This document shows, in pieces, positions 11,581 through 24,131 of a stretch of DNA of 64,000 bases; positions within the stretch are counted from its first letter, which is position 1; each line of letters opens with the position of its first letter. The translations under genes and the position numbers were made by a program. The notes beneath the pieces were generated by a model. The model ran no database searches. It saw only the letters and a list, made by a program, of their open reading frames with translations, and was not told the DNA's origin. Origin of the DNA: Thelocarpon superellum (Eukaryota); the NCBI GenBank assembly GCA_026025795.1, contig JAPEUG010000026.1, positions 1-64,000 on the forward strand, in the 5' to 3' direction.

Positions 11581-14500
11581 ATGTCTGAGGTGCAGTCACG
11601 GCCGGCCGCCCCGCGTGGGCGAGGCTCATCGCGTGGAGGTCGAGGCGGCTATGGCTCGCGAGGCGGCGCTCGTGGTGGCAGTCGTCCGGCGGTCAACGGC
11701 ACCAAGGCAGACCACACAACGCACGCGCCCGTCGAGGAGGAAGGCGAGGTGGGGGAGCTGAAGAAGCAGTACTCGACCAAGCTGGCCACAGCCAAAGAAC
11801 TTTTCCCCGACTGGACGGACGAGGATCTAGTCTATGCCTTGCAAGAAACGAATGGCGACCTTGAGGGCACCGTCGAACGTATCACTGATGGTAGTGCTCT
11901 TGCTCCGCCCGCGAACCCGTTTGCCTGCTAACGCGCGGGCTCGTGTAGGGAGCATCTCGCAATGGGGTGAAGTGAAGAAGAAGACCAAGGATCGATCTCG
12001 CTCGAAAGTGAAGGATGCCGGGGCCACCACATCGGCCGACACGGCACCTGTCCCAACGGCGCGTGGAAGCCGCAGCGGGCGAGGCGGCGCCGATGGCGCT
12101 CGCGCTGCACGCGGTCGAGCATCCGAGCGTGGTCGCGCCCATGGCCGAGGCGGTCGGACCGCATCGCTCGCCGCCACAAATGGTCACCGATCGTCCTCGA
12201 CCAAGGACGGAGCCGAGGCAGTCCTCGAGACGAGCAAGGCCTCGGTGCCAACGGACGAGTCTCCGGCGTGGGACCAGGCGGTGGCAAGTGAAGCTGCCGC
12301 CACAACGGACGGCACCCCGGGCGACGGATGGAATGCCACCTCCACAGCGCCGCCACAAACGACCGCGGCGGCGGCGGAGCGGCCCTCGACCAGTGTGATA
12401 CCGGGCGGGACGACCAAGAGCTGGGCCAGCATGTTCGCCAAGCCCGCGCCCGTCCCTGTCGTGCGGAAGACGACCGGGCCATTGAAGACGGCCAAGGCCA
12501 CCGCCGACGCAAAGACGACGGCCCTGCCACCATCTCTTTCGGGCAGTCGGGCCGAGACGGAAAAGCTGCCCACGCCCCTCGCGGATGACTCCGATGCGGT
12601 CATCACACCCTCTACAGACGCCCTCACCGAGACGAATCTGGAACAGGTCCTGGACGCATCGGCGCCACCGGTGTCCGCTACGGCTGCGAGTACTGTGGCG
12701 AGCTCACGCGAGCCTCGTGCTGGGGTGGAGGGGGACACGCCCTTCTCTACCGCAGCGCAAACGTCCTCACGCCCGCCGACCAGTGGCTTCGCGGCCACGG
12801 CGTTCAAGGCGACGGGCGGACCCGGACGGACGTCGAGCTTCCAGCGGCGGGTCTTGGACCAACAGGAAGCGGTCGTCATGCCCGGCAATGCCGCCGTCGA
12901 CCGCGCGGCGGTGCAATTCGGCAGCCTGGGCCTCAACGGCGCCCCAGACGAGCTGGATGTGGACGAGGAGCGCGAGGAGGCCGAGACGCGTGCCCAGCCA
13001 CCCCAGCACTCGCCCGTCGCTCATCCGCGCGCCTCGTTGCCCCCGGCGCCGAACCACGGCGTGGCCGCACCGCACGCGGACGCCAAGGACTCAGAGCCCG
13101 CCGTTCGACCTGCTCCCGGCCTCCCGCCCGTGCCGTCCGCCCCGCCGGCCGCGGCCCAGCATGCCTCGCCTCAACAAGCGGCGGTGGGACCGCCGTCGAT
13201 GGCGGCGCAGACATCACAGAGCAGTCAGCAGTATGGGCAATTCAACCGCTACGCGCCGCCGACGATGCAGCCCGAGGCGGCATCGAGCGCGCCGAAGCCA
13301 TACGATCCGTTTGGGCAGCCTTCGCACCAGTCGCAAGCGCAGCCGAATCAGTACGAGGCCTACTTGGGCCAGATGCCGGGGCAACAGGGTCAGCCGCCGC
13401 CGCATCAGCCATCCCACCCGGCGGCGACCTTCTCGTCGGCGCCGAATGACTATTCCTCCTACTACACCGCGGATCAGCAGCGCGGGGCCTATCAGAATTA
13501 CTATGGCTCGCAGTATGGGCAACAAGCCGGCCAGAGCCAGCAAGAAGCCGGCGCCGGCCAAGCGCGATCTGGCAGCGGCTACGGTCAAAGCGCGGCCGAC
13601 TCCTTGTCGCAATATGCCACGTCGCAGGCGCAACCGCCCCAGTCACGTTATCCCACCGGCTCCGACACGGCCACCAGCGGTCCCAATGATGCATCGACGG
13701 CGACGCCGGGTCTGAGCGTGCCGCCGCAGGGCCAGAGCGCACAGCCGCAGGCGACGGCGCAGCAGATGCAGGGCCAGCAATCTCAAGGCCAGGCGAGCGG
13801 ACACAATAACTATCCGTATGGCCATCCGTACTTCTCTAGCCCCTACTACACGGCCTACATGAATCAGGTAAGGAGGCCTCCACATGACCCGGCCGGCCCG
13901 CACCCCCTCCCTCCCCCTCGCTGTGATGGTCTCGCTGACTCGGGCCAGTTTGGCTACGGCCAGGGGTATAACGCACCATATGGCGGTAAGGGAGGCATGT
14001 ACGGTCAACCGCATCAGAACTACGGCATGACGTCGCAATCGTCCTACGAGCATTCGTCGTCGCCCGCCAACGTCGGCGGCTTCGCGCCGTCGTCGCAGCA
14101 TGGTCGTGACGCGGGCGCCGGTCCGAGCGTGGGCGTGGGCGAGTATGGTCGGTCGGGCTCGGCGCAAACGCCGCAGAATCCGTCGCACGGCACGGGAAGT
14201 GGTGCGTTCGGTGGGGTGCCCGACGTCTTTGGGCGCAGCGGCTTCCACAACCAGAACGTCCCGCTCCACCAGCACCAGGGTCATCCGCCGGCGGGCGGCG
14301 AGGACTCGATGAAGAGCTTCGGCGAGGCCAAGGCGGGCGCCGGTCCAAGTCCACTGCTGCATCAAGCTGGACGTCCGGGATCGGCCACGAACAACGGCAG
14401 CGGCAGCAACGTGTCCGGGCAAGCGGCGCCATCGGGCCTGGCACAGACGCCGTCAGGGAACCAGTCGGGCTTCGGTGGATACCCCAGCCACCTGAACCCT

Positions 14501-14698
14501 CACCTCCACGGAAACCAGGGTGCGCAATACAGCGGATTGGGCGGACTGGGGGCCCATCAAGGCGGTGCGCAGAACCACCAAGGCAGCGGCTACGGCCAGC
14601 AGTATGGGAGCGGATACGGCGGCAGCTATTATGGCGGCAGCGGCCGGGGCGGAGGCGCCGCGGGAGCTGGATGGGGTGGGAATTACGGCGGTCACTGA
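11581..14698 (+). CDS. DEF1: RNA polymerase II degradation factor Def1-like (CUE domain, RGG boxes, Q/G/Y-rich tail); introns 11891-11948 and 13868-13948
   Basis: MSEVQSRPAAPRGRGSSRGGRGG...KELFPDWTDEDLVYALQETNGDLEGTVERITDGSISQWGEVKKK; KSWASMFAK; VQFGSLGL; low-complexity C-terminus. Confidence 0.88.
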
Positions 14699-15256
14699 TG
14701 TCGTGGGGGCGAGCTGTCGAGCGTCGGAGGAGAGCAGCGACGTGGTGGTAGCGGTCACGGCCCGGGCCCGGGCCGCGCTCCTCTGATTCTTTCTCCTTAC
14801 CTGTGTCAACACTTCTCGTGGCGGATGGACGGGCGGACAGTCTCTCAGCTGACGGGGATCTCTCTACTTGATCATGACGGCGCACCGAAGCCTTCGGCGG
14901 CTGACGCATCCAAGAACGCGAAGCTCCGCACCGTATCGATGCGGACGTAACAATTAAAGGAACCTATCGCTCGTCTCGCGCCCGGCTGGACGGAAAGGGC
15001 GAGGATCGGGGAACTGTCGGAGTAAGTGGGCGAGGCGTAGTGCGTAGAGTACTCGTCGGGGCGGCGGGCGTCACGGAAATCATCGAGCTTCACCTCGCGT
15101 TCTTCTTGACGACGGGCGAAGCTCGACTTTGAGCACACGCGTCCCCCGCCCATTCTTCCCCGACGCACGAGATGCGCCCGCAGTGTCTCCCGAGACGTGC
15201 TCGTCGATCAACCTCCCTGTGACCAGGCCTTGGCCGTCACCGTCGACGTCTTCGCC

Positions 15257-16413
15257 ATGGCCAAATCCAAGTCCAAGGGCAAAGCGGCCGGCCACGCGTC
15301 GAGCACAGCTTCGAGCACGGCTGGTGGCCGGAGCCATCGCAACCGCCATGCCACCGTGGACCCGCCGGCCCCCTTCACGCGCCCGTCCGCCGCGCTGGAG
15401 GCCTTCCTCTCGACCCTCTCGCCCGCCAACATCTACCTCACGCACCTCGACACGCACCCTCCGGCCTTCAAGCGCCAGGTCTGGCTCATCCCGCTCTGCA
15501 CCAACCTCGCCATCGTGCTGCTCCTGGCCTGGCGCGTCTATGCCATCGCGCCCAGCTACTGGTCCCTGTTGGAGTCGATGATGGGCCAGCCCAATGCGGA
15601 CACGGTGGACGTGGACCATCTGCCGAAGACAGCCGTGGGGCGGATCATCGTCAGTCGCGCCGCCATGTTCCTGGTCGACTGGATCTTGTGGACCTACGTC
15701 TTCGCCTGGCCCCAGGGCTTCTTCTTCGGACAGCCAGCCAATCCCCTGCTGTGGCGCCACTACGTGCGCTTCGAACCGCGCGAGGTCGTTGTCCGCGTCT
15801 CCCGCCGGTGGGCGGAGTCCCTGACGCACGAGATGAACATGATCAGCGAGGAGGGGGATCCCGTGTTGCGAGAAAAGCTCCTGCCAGCCATGGATCGCGC
15901 GTGGATGGCGTCCCGTACGGGATACATGATGCTGGCCAAGGATTGGGACCTCGACTACCAGAGTATGTTGACGGCCCACGAGCTCGTGGCCGACGGGACG
16001 CTCGCGTGGGACGATTTCCAGAAGAGCGTCTTCGTGCATGTCAAGGAGTGTGGCTGGCTGGTGTGGAAGGCGTGGAAGCTGGACGAAGGGTCGGAAGAAG
16101 CAGGTCGACGGAAGATCGTCGCCTTCAAGGTGAGCCAGCCTCTCCGCTCCCATGTACCGCGGCACCGGACTGATTGACTGCGGCCATGTAGGATCGATTG
16201 ACGGCGTTGGGGAAGGAATCACTCTTCTTCCGCTGGATCGAACTCGTGCAGTTCGAGTCCTCACAGCCGGGCGGCTTCACCCCCGATCGACAGGCCGACA
16301 CGGTGCGGCAAGCCAAGGAGCTGTTTGAGAAGGAGGGCATCGATTTTGATGCGTTTTGGAGCGCAGTAGGCGGTATGGAGGGTATGCCGGGCCTAGAGGG
16401 CCCGTCTACTTGA
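15257..16413 (+). CDS. Conserved fungal hypothetical membrane protein (two hydrophobic segments); intron 16130-16191
   Basis: Strong GC3-biased ORF; motifs IYLTHLDTHPPAFKRQVWLIP, TGYMMLAKDWDLDY and LGKESLFFRWIELVQFES; canonical intron joins both parts in frame. Confidence 0.8.
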
Positions 16414-16819
16414 CCGTTGCACATGTCGTGGTCTATCATCACGCACTGAGGCATAGAGTGGCTCAACATTACAGGTACACTCAAGACTGGGGATGGATGA
16501 TACCTTCACAGGCTGATGGACTTTTGTATTTTCTAGCATCCAATGTCCAATGGCTTTCTGAGCCCTTCAGCCGGTCATCCCTCCGTGTACCGGTAAGCTT
16601 TTCAGACACGAGGCTGGACGAGGGATACGGAGACGACCAGTACAGAGATCCGCCCCAAAATCATCAAGAAAACAAGCAAACCCCGCACGGTCGGATTCAG
16701 CACGACCAACCGACCAAGCCATCCGCATAGCGGCTTCGTGCGCTCTCCGTCATATCCATGACTACCGTCGCGGGGCCACTGCTCCTCGCCCCCGCCCTGC
16801 GGTAGTGGCACTCTCGAGT

Positions 16820-17428
16820 CTAGGCCGTGGCGCGGGATCGCGTTCGGCTGCTGATGACTTCGTCACTGCCTGGGGGCCGCTCTTTCTTTGGCTTGGCAGG
16901 CTTGGTCTCTCGGGCGGGCTTCGCGGACTTGTCATCCTTTTTGGGTCGTCCCTTACCGTTGGCCTTGTTGCCGTTGGCCTCTTTTGTCATCGTCTTCTGC
17001 TTCTTGACGTTGGGCTCGGCCTTGTCGGCGGCTTCGTCTCGGCCGTGCTTTTCGCCGGGCGCATCTGCTGCCTTCTCTCCATTGGCCTCGGCGCCGTTTG
17101 CTTCCTTGGACTTGGTCTTCTTGTCCGTCCCGGTGGGTGCGTCGCCGTCGGCCTCCTTGTCGAGCTCGGAGGCCCGCTTGACGACGTCGTTGCCAGGACG
17201 CGAAATGTGGACGGCGGGGTTGTCGGGGTCGGCATTCTTCTTGATGGTGTTGCCCTTTTTGGACTGGATGCTGATGTCGCCGTGATCTTTGACCTCGGCG
17301 ACAGTGCCGCCAGGGCGACCGCCGGACCATTGCCAGGATACTGATGCAGGTCAATGCCTGGCGGACAGGATGCTGGAGCCACGCGCTCACTCACCCTCGT
17401 CACCTTCTTTGATCTTTTTGTCGGCCAT
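16820..17428 (-). CDS. Hypervirulence-associated (HVA1/DUF2945) Tudor-domain protein with Lys-rich tail (exons 17428-17395, 17340-16820)
   Basis: Spliced N-terminus MADKKIKEGDEVSWQWSGGRPGGTVAEVKDHGDISIQSKKGNTIKKNADPDNPAVHISRPGNDVVKRASEL; ends SSRTRSRATA-TAG; missed by the ORF track. Confidence 0.85.
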
Positions 17429-18822
17429 GATGATGTCAGCGATGTAGCGTGGCGCAAGGTGTCGCAAGGTGGCGCAATGCAGGGATACGATAGTCGAGTC
17501 AGTCGTCGGACGCGCGGACACGCAGATGGGGTGTCGAAGTGGATGGTAGTTGGGATGCCGGCGGTGCAGCTACCGCGCGTGATTACTGTGGCGCGCGAGT
17601 CGAGGGATGACAACACGACAAGCGATGGTGCAACTCGGTGATGGGGGAAGCTTACTTTAAGAGAGAGCTCGCGCGTAGCGGGGAGGCATGACCGGCCATC
17701 GACCGCTCGTCTCGGGGTGCCATAGTTACTGGGGCCATACTGGTAGCCAGGGCAAGTCGTTCCACTACAGGGCTCACGGACGGGCAAGGGCAGCGCCGCC
17801 TGCCTAGGCTGGTAGTGCGACTTGGCCTAGCAATGTGGGCAGCTCACGGCCAGAAAGCCTGGGACGAGTATGGTAATTACTCGCACCAGGTGCTGTGTCG
17901 TGTTGACGGAGGTGGCTGGGCCTGCCACTGTCCTCGGACTAGATAGCGAGCGAGCGATGACGACGTGTGCATCCTCCGCACCAAGGAACAAGAGAACCAT
18001 GCCAGAGATCAACTTTGGACTGCAAGGACTCCCGTACTCCTACAACCGGAGCCGGCTTAGCCCTGAGGTGCTTAACACGAGGAGGAAGAGGCTAGACGAG
18101 ATATGAGCTGCAGCCGTTCTATTGGAGATGGTCCTTCCCGTGATACTCGACGATGAGTGACTTTGTTGGCCACAGACGTATGGTCATCAAGGACGGGACA
18201 TCCTTCCGTACGTGCCCCTCTACGAATACGACTGGCCTCGATCTCTGGTCAAAGGATGACGCCTCTATGTGGGGAAGACCCGAGCCCGGATTGAAGCTGG
18301 CTGCTACGTACCTGAGCCGAGACGCTTACCGAAATCTACCTAGCGCGGTCTCCGGGAGCTCATCCTTTCCGGTGACGCCACCGGGACACTGACACGCACT
18401 GACACGCACTGATGCAGCGTGCGGTGCTCCGTACCGGCATGCGAGCACCTGTGGCTGGAAGTACGACCGTATGTACGAGGTAGAGTGCAACGCGGCGGAG
18501 GCGAGGGTATCGTGATTAAGCCCCTCCCGCGCCCCTCGCCCCACCATAGCCACACTGCAGGTCCCACCTTCCCAGGGATTCTTTTCGTACTCGTACCGGA
18601 CGAAGACCCGTACCTCAACTGCCAGCTGCCAGCTGCCAGCTGCTACTTGCATACTCGGCCTCGCTGGTCGTCGTCTCGCAGATCGCGTCAACGTTGAATT
18701 CCTGGCCGCCCACCTAACATACTTCTATCGCTATCCCCTCCCTCCTGCAGTTCTCTCTCCTCCTCGACCTACGACCACGCGCCCTCCTCCTGCTCCCCTC
18801 TTCTGCATCCATCATTCCGACC

Positions 18823-20362
18823 ATGTCATCATCCAAAGAAGAAGGCGCGGGCGTCGCCCCTCAGAACAAAGGATCGTGGTCATCGTTCTTGAAAGTACGA
18901 AGTCACGACCCCCCTGACGGTACCGTGGTATGGAAACTGATCGCACGACCAGTCCATTGCCTCCTTCTCCGGCGACCTTTCCTCTCTTACGGCCCCGCCA
19001 TTCATCCTGTCGACCACGTCGCTGGTGGAGTACTCCTCATACTGGGCCGAGCATCCTTCCGTCTTCGTGGCACCGGCCGCCGAACCCGACCCGGCCAAAC
19101 GAGCCTTGCTGGTGCTGAAGTGGTTCCTCAGCACGCTGAAGCAGCAGTACAGCAGTCGCAACGACAAGCTCGGGAGCGAGAAGAAGCCGTTGAATCCCTT
19201 CCTGGGAGAATTGTTCTTGGGCAAGTGGGAAGACGAGGCGGGCACGACACACCTGGTGTCGGAGCAAGTCAGGTGGGTCACGAGCGTCATATCCTGTGTC
19301 TCCCAGGAGCACCTAGCAGGCCACTGACTGAAGACAGTCATCATCCACCAGCCACAGCGTACTACATTTGGAACGACAAGCATGGAGTTCGGGTGGGTGG
19401 TGGAAGAGCCTCCCACAATGCGACCACCCTCTGACCCAGTGCAGTTACAAGGATACAACGCGCAAAAGGCGTCGTTCTCACGAACCATCAACGTCAAGCA
19501 GATCGGACATGCGATGCTCCACCTGGACAGATACAAGGAAGACTACCTGATCACGCTGCCGTCGCTGCACATCGAAGGACTGATCTACGGCGCACCGTTT
19601 GTGGAACTCAACAAAAGCACCATGATCCAAAGCTCGTCGGGGTACACGGCCAAGATTGAATATTCCGGCAAGGGGTGGATTAGCGGGAAGAAGAATTCAT
19701 TCAACGCGGTCTTGTACCCCGAAGGCCACGAGAAGGACGTCCTGTACAGCATCGAGGGCCAGTGGACCGAATCCTTCACGATCCGCGACCACAAGAGCAA
19801 GAAAGAGGTTGAGACATGGCACGCCAAGACGGCCAAAACGACGCCTTTGATCGTTGCGCCCATCGAGGCCCAAGGCCCTCTCGAGTCGCGACGCGCATGG
19901 CACGCGGTCGCGACCTCGATCGAGAAAGGGGACCTGGACACGACGGGGGTCGAGAAATCCAAGATTGAAAACGCACAGCGTGAGCTTCGTCGCGTCGAAC
20001 AGGCGGAGGGAAGGGAATGGGAACGGCGGTATTTCACGCGTCTCTCCCCGGCCAATCCCAATGACTCCGCTCGGCCCTCTTTCGACTCTACCACCGCCAC
20101 CGCCACTGCCACCGCCCCTTCAGCCTCCAAAGTGGAAGCTCACACTACGCCGTCATCATCATCAACAGCACCATCCCATGTCGGAGGAGGAGCAGCAGCA
20201 GCGGGAGGAGGGGATGTAGAAGTGATAGGGGACGCGGTCTTCGACTCACTGGCATCCAAGATTGCCGAGCGTTCGGAACCAGACAAGACGGGCGGCGTAT
20301 GGCGCTGGGACCAGAGCAAGGCGGACAGATACTTGCGTGAGGATGGGCAGGCCGAGTTGTAG
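18823..20362 (+). CDS. KES1: Oxysterol-binding protein Kes1/Osh4; introns 18895-18952, 19273-19337, 19393-19444
   Basis: [48 protein letters not shown] signature [25 protein letters not shown]. Confidence 0.95.
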
Positions 20363-20837
20363 GATTCCGCTCCACTCACTTCTTTGACCACTTAATACTT
20401 GCGGTAGATATGGGTCATGCAATGAGAGAGGGAAGGGACGTGAGCAGACGAGCAGACGAGCAGACGAGCATGTCACACGCAAGCGAACTTGAGGCGAAGG
20501 AAGAAGAACGGAAATCGATGCAGGATAAACCTCATGAATAGATCCATCCTCCGCTCGCTGTGCGACGAACACGAGCACGAGAATGAGTCCCTATTAGCAA
20601 ATCACATGAATACGAATACACGCTGTTCTATGTATCCTGTCATGTCCAGTCCTGTCCTGTCCTATGCTATCCCGTCATATACCCTACCCTACCCACTCAT
20701 CCCTCCCTCTCAACCTATCTTACACCACAGTGAGACAAAGGAAGAAAAAGACAGACAGGTCTACCGTATACAAGGAGCGTGGCCGTCGTGTCAATGCCAA
20801 CTCAATTCAGTTCAGTTCAATTCCGCTTTTGCCTCTC

Positions 20838-20840
<3 letters not shown>

Positions 20841-20870
<30 letters not shown>
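20841..20870. repeat. (CT)15 microsatellite
   Basis: Perfect CT run just beyond the stop codon of the CSC1-like gene. Confidence 0.95.
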
Positions 20871-20873
<3 letters not shown>

Positions 20874-20875
20874 CC

Positions 20876-23800
20876 TCACATCCTTCGGGGTCGATAAGGC
20901 TCATACCGCCCCGGTGACACGTGTTCCGGATACTCCTGGCCGACGGGACCAGAATCCGCCGTGTGCTGCGGCACCTGGCCGTATCCCGCCGCGGCGGGAG
21001 CGCGGAAGAAGGCGCCTTTGGTTGGTGACCAGGGTGCGGGCGCCGTCTGACCTCCTCCTGGCGGCCCGACGAGCCCGACGGCCATGGAGCCACTGCTGCC
21101 GCTGCGAGAGTGCGGCGGTCGAGGGGGAGGATGCGCCGTGGCCATGCCGGCTGCGTGGTGGATGAGGTCGGATTCGCTCTCGTTGGGTGATGCATACATT
21201 CCTCGCGGGTCCGCGCCGCTGTAGCTCGTGTTGATGCGGGAGAGGGGCGAGCCAGATCGGTAGGCCGGGTGATGCGGTCCGTATTCGGGAAGCGGGGGTG
21301 GCGAGGGGTAGCCGGCGTAGGTGCTGGGCGAGCTGCTGCGAGAGGGGATGGAGTAAGTCGACGTCTGTCGACCGCGCGGCATGAAGGACCGCGGCGTGTC
21401 GGATCGCTCGGTGATGAGATCGAGTGGTCGGCCCGAGTCGTCGCCGAAATCTGCGCGGTTGCGCGAGCTGGCGAAATCGAGATGCGTCTCCGACACAAAG
21501 TCAAAGGGCAAGGTGGGATCGGGTGCCTGTGGCTTTCCGGGGTGCGTCTCGGACATGGGGTCCATGTGGATGTCGCTGTATCCGCTGTCCGTCACGTCCT
21601 CGGAATCCAGGCGTCCCCGGTAGATCTGCGTCAACACCTCCTTGGCCTCGTCCAGCACGATCGGCGTGATCAATGGCTTGTACAGCGCCGGATTCCCGAA
21701 TCGCGTTCCCAGTTTCTCGTTGCGGCTCGCTTGCTTGTCGTTCGCGCCCATTCTCTCCATGTCGCTAGGTGGGATCTTCGAGGCGTAGTGCAGGTCATCG
21801 TCAAACGCTCTCCTGCAGTAGAGTTTAAATGCGAGCATGATGAAAGGTAGCGGCGCCATGGAGTACACCATGGGATAGGTGTCCGTCTCCCGGGAGAAGA
21901 GAATGAGCGCGACGGCGACGTTGGACATGATCGTCCCAAACACCAGGCGATTGAAGAGGACTCGCCAGAACTGGCCCCCAGACTCGTTCTTCGTCACAAA
22001 GACGTACCTGTGATGTCAGTACGCTCCCTCCCTGCGACCGCTCGGCATGCGGCATGCGGCATGCGCCACTCGGCACTCACATCAAGAGATACTTCTTGAG
22101 CAGACTATCCAACGCGAAATAAAACGCCGTCACCGGGAGAACCAGCGGTTGCAGCGTCGCGAAACACAGGGAGACGGTGGCGTAGAAGAGAAACTATCGT
22201 CGTTAGCGATCATCCGCCTCTGGGCCGTCATCGTCCAACACCTACGTAATTGTAGTAGCTGGCATAGTCAAAGGTCGGCGGACGCGTCCATTCGTACCGT
22301 TGGCGAGGAGTCGGATTGTGAAAGGCCTTCATCCACCACACCCAGATGATGGTCACGATCTGCGACAGATCGATGGCCGCCCCCAGATTGCGCTGCAGGA
22401 TGTACGTCACCCAGAAGGGCGACACGTTACAGAGCGCGTTGGCGAGCTTGTTGCCCAGCTGCCCGTTCACGATCGCATCCCACACGCTTTCGTTGGGCGC
22501 GCGTCCGTTCGTGACGGCGGCGATGAACTGGGCGACGGCGGAGAAGGCGGTGAAGACGACGAGATTGTTGAAGATGAAGAAGGCGTACAATTGATGGATG
22601 ACGTGACGTTCACGCGACGCTTTGGTGATGTCACCCGCGCGGATCCCCAAGCGCCGGAAGATGATGGGCAAGACAAAGTAGAACAACGAGGTGATGGCGG
22701 GGGCGGCGATACCCTGGACGGCGGCCCACACGACCGGACTGGCCTGGAGCGAGACTTGAAAGGCGGGCCAGAGCAGGCCCAGGTTGTTGAGATCCGAGAG
22801 GAAGAGCGCGATGAGCGCGTTGGGCGCGATCCAGATGACCGTCAGCAGACCCACCCATAGGCCGTTGACCAGCTTCTTCCAGCGCTTGGCGCTCTTGGTC
22901 AGGGGCAGATTCTTCCAGATCAGATCCTCGGGTGGCGGCGCCAGCTTGACGGTGGTGCCCTTGGGGTGCACCTTCCGCGTGCCGTAGGCGATCGCGTGGG
23001 CCTCGGGGATGCTGTTGTAACTGACGAAGCCATAGGACATGGGCTCGCGCTTGCCGATGTTCTGGCGCGCCTCTTTGATCTCGTATTCCAGGCTGCGGAT
23101 CCGATCGGTGAGATATTCAATGGCGTCGACGCGTTGGCCCTTGGCGTAACCGTGCAGCTCGGCCGACGGCCGGGTGGTCGGTCGTGCGGGCGGCAGGTTG
23201 TGCGGATGCTTCAGGTACTTGGCCAGCACTTTCTCCAGCTCGTGTACGGTCTTGGTGTGCTGTTCAATCAGCTCCGTGAGGCCCTTGACGTCACGGCCAA
23301 TGGCGCAGCGCGGGAGGCTCGAGGTGGGCATGGCGCCGTTGGCGATCATGTACAGGCCGTTGTCCTCGCGGTAGGTTTTGGGGATCTCGGTGATGATCAA
23401 CGTACGCGAGTGGAGCCGGGCCTGGTATTCGGGGCTCGCAAAGTACGATCGTCGCAGCCGGACAACGGCACGGTAGTTCCACCACAGCGACACGACGACC
23501 ATAATGTCGAAGAGCCAGGAGCACACGACCTGGGCCCAGAGGGACCGCGCCGACACGTACAGCGGCGTCATCAGGGTAAAGTAGGACAAGCCCGAGGGGG
23601 CCGTGGGCAGGCTCCCGGTGACGTTGGTGGGGATGAGCACGGCGCAGCCGATGACGCTCATGATGAGGAAGAGGTTGCGGCACATGCGGGTGAAGCGGAG
23701 GAAGATGATGGCGTCCATGCCAATCACATGCATCAGGTCGGCCTCGCGCTTCTTGACCAGCGGCGTCACCCAGGCGAACAGGCCTCGTCCCAGCGTGGGC

Positions 23801-24131
23801 GGGGCATACTTGGATTGGGCGTTCTTGCACTTGGGTGCGTAGAAGGCCGTGGCGTGGGGTCGTAAGAGCGAGAAGAGGAGGGCGATGCCGACGGTGATGC
23901 CGATGGAGGTGGCGAAGGAGGCCCAGAAGGCATTGGCCACGAACTGCGATGTCGTGAGGTCGGGCGCTGCGCGCGAGACGGATCGGGACTTACACGACTC
24001 TGGAAGGGATTCTGGGCCAGCTTCAGCAGCTCATTTGCCGGCGTGTTGTCGCCGCCGGCTTGGGTCGGGGAGGGCTGATTGGGGTCCTGTTGCCTCGCCC
24101 AGGTCGCGGGAAGGCCGGCCCGAGCGTCCAT
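20876..24131 (-). CDS. CSC1/OSCA/TMEM63 (DUF221, Rsn1/Phm7-like) calcium-permeable channel (exons 24131-23994, 23943-22246, 22193-22081, 22007-20876)
   Basis: GMDAIIFLRF, SRTLIITEIP, RVDAIEYLT, YGFVSY, LAPPPEDLIWKNL, FDYASYYNYFLFY and KYLLMYVFVTKNESGG motifs; many TM segments. Confidence 0.92.
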
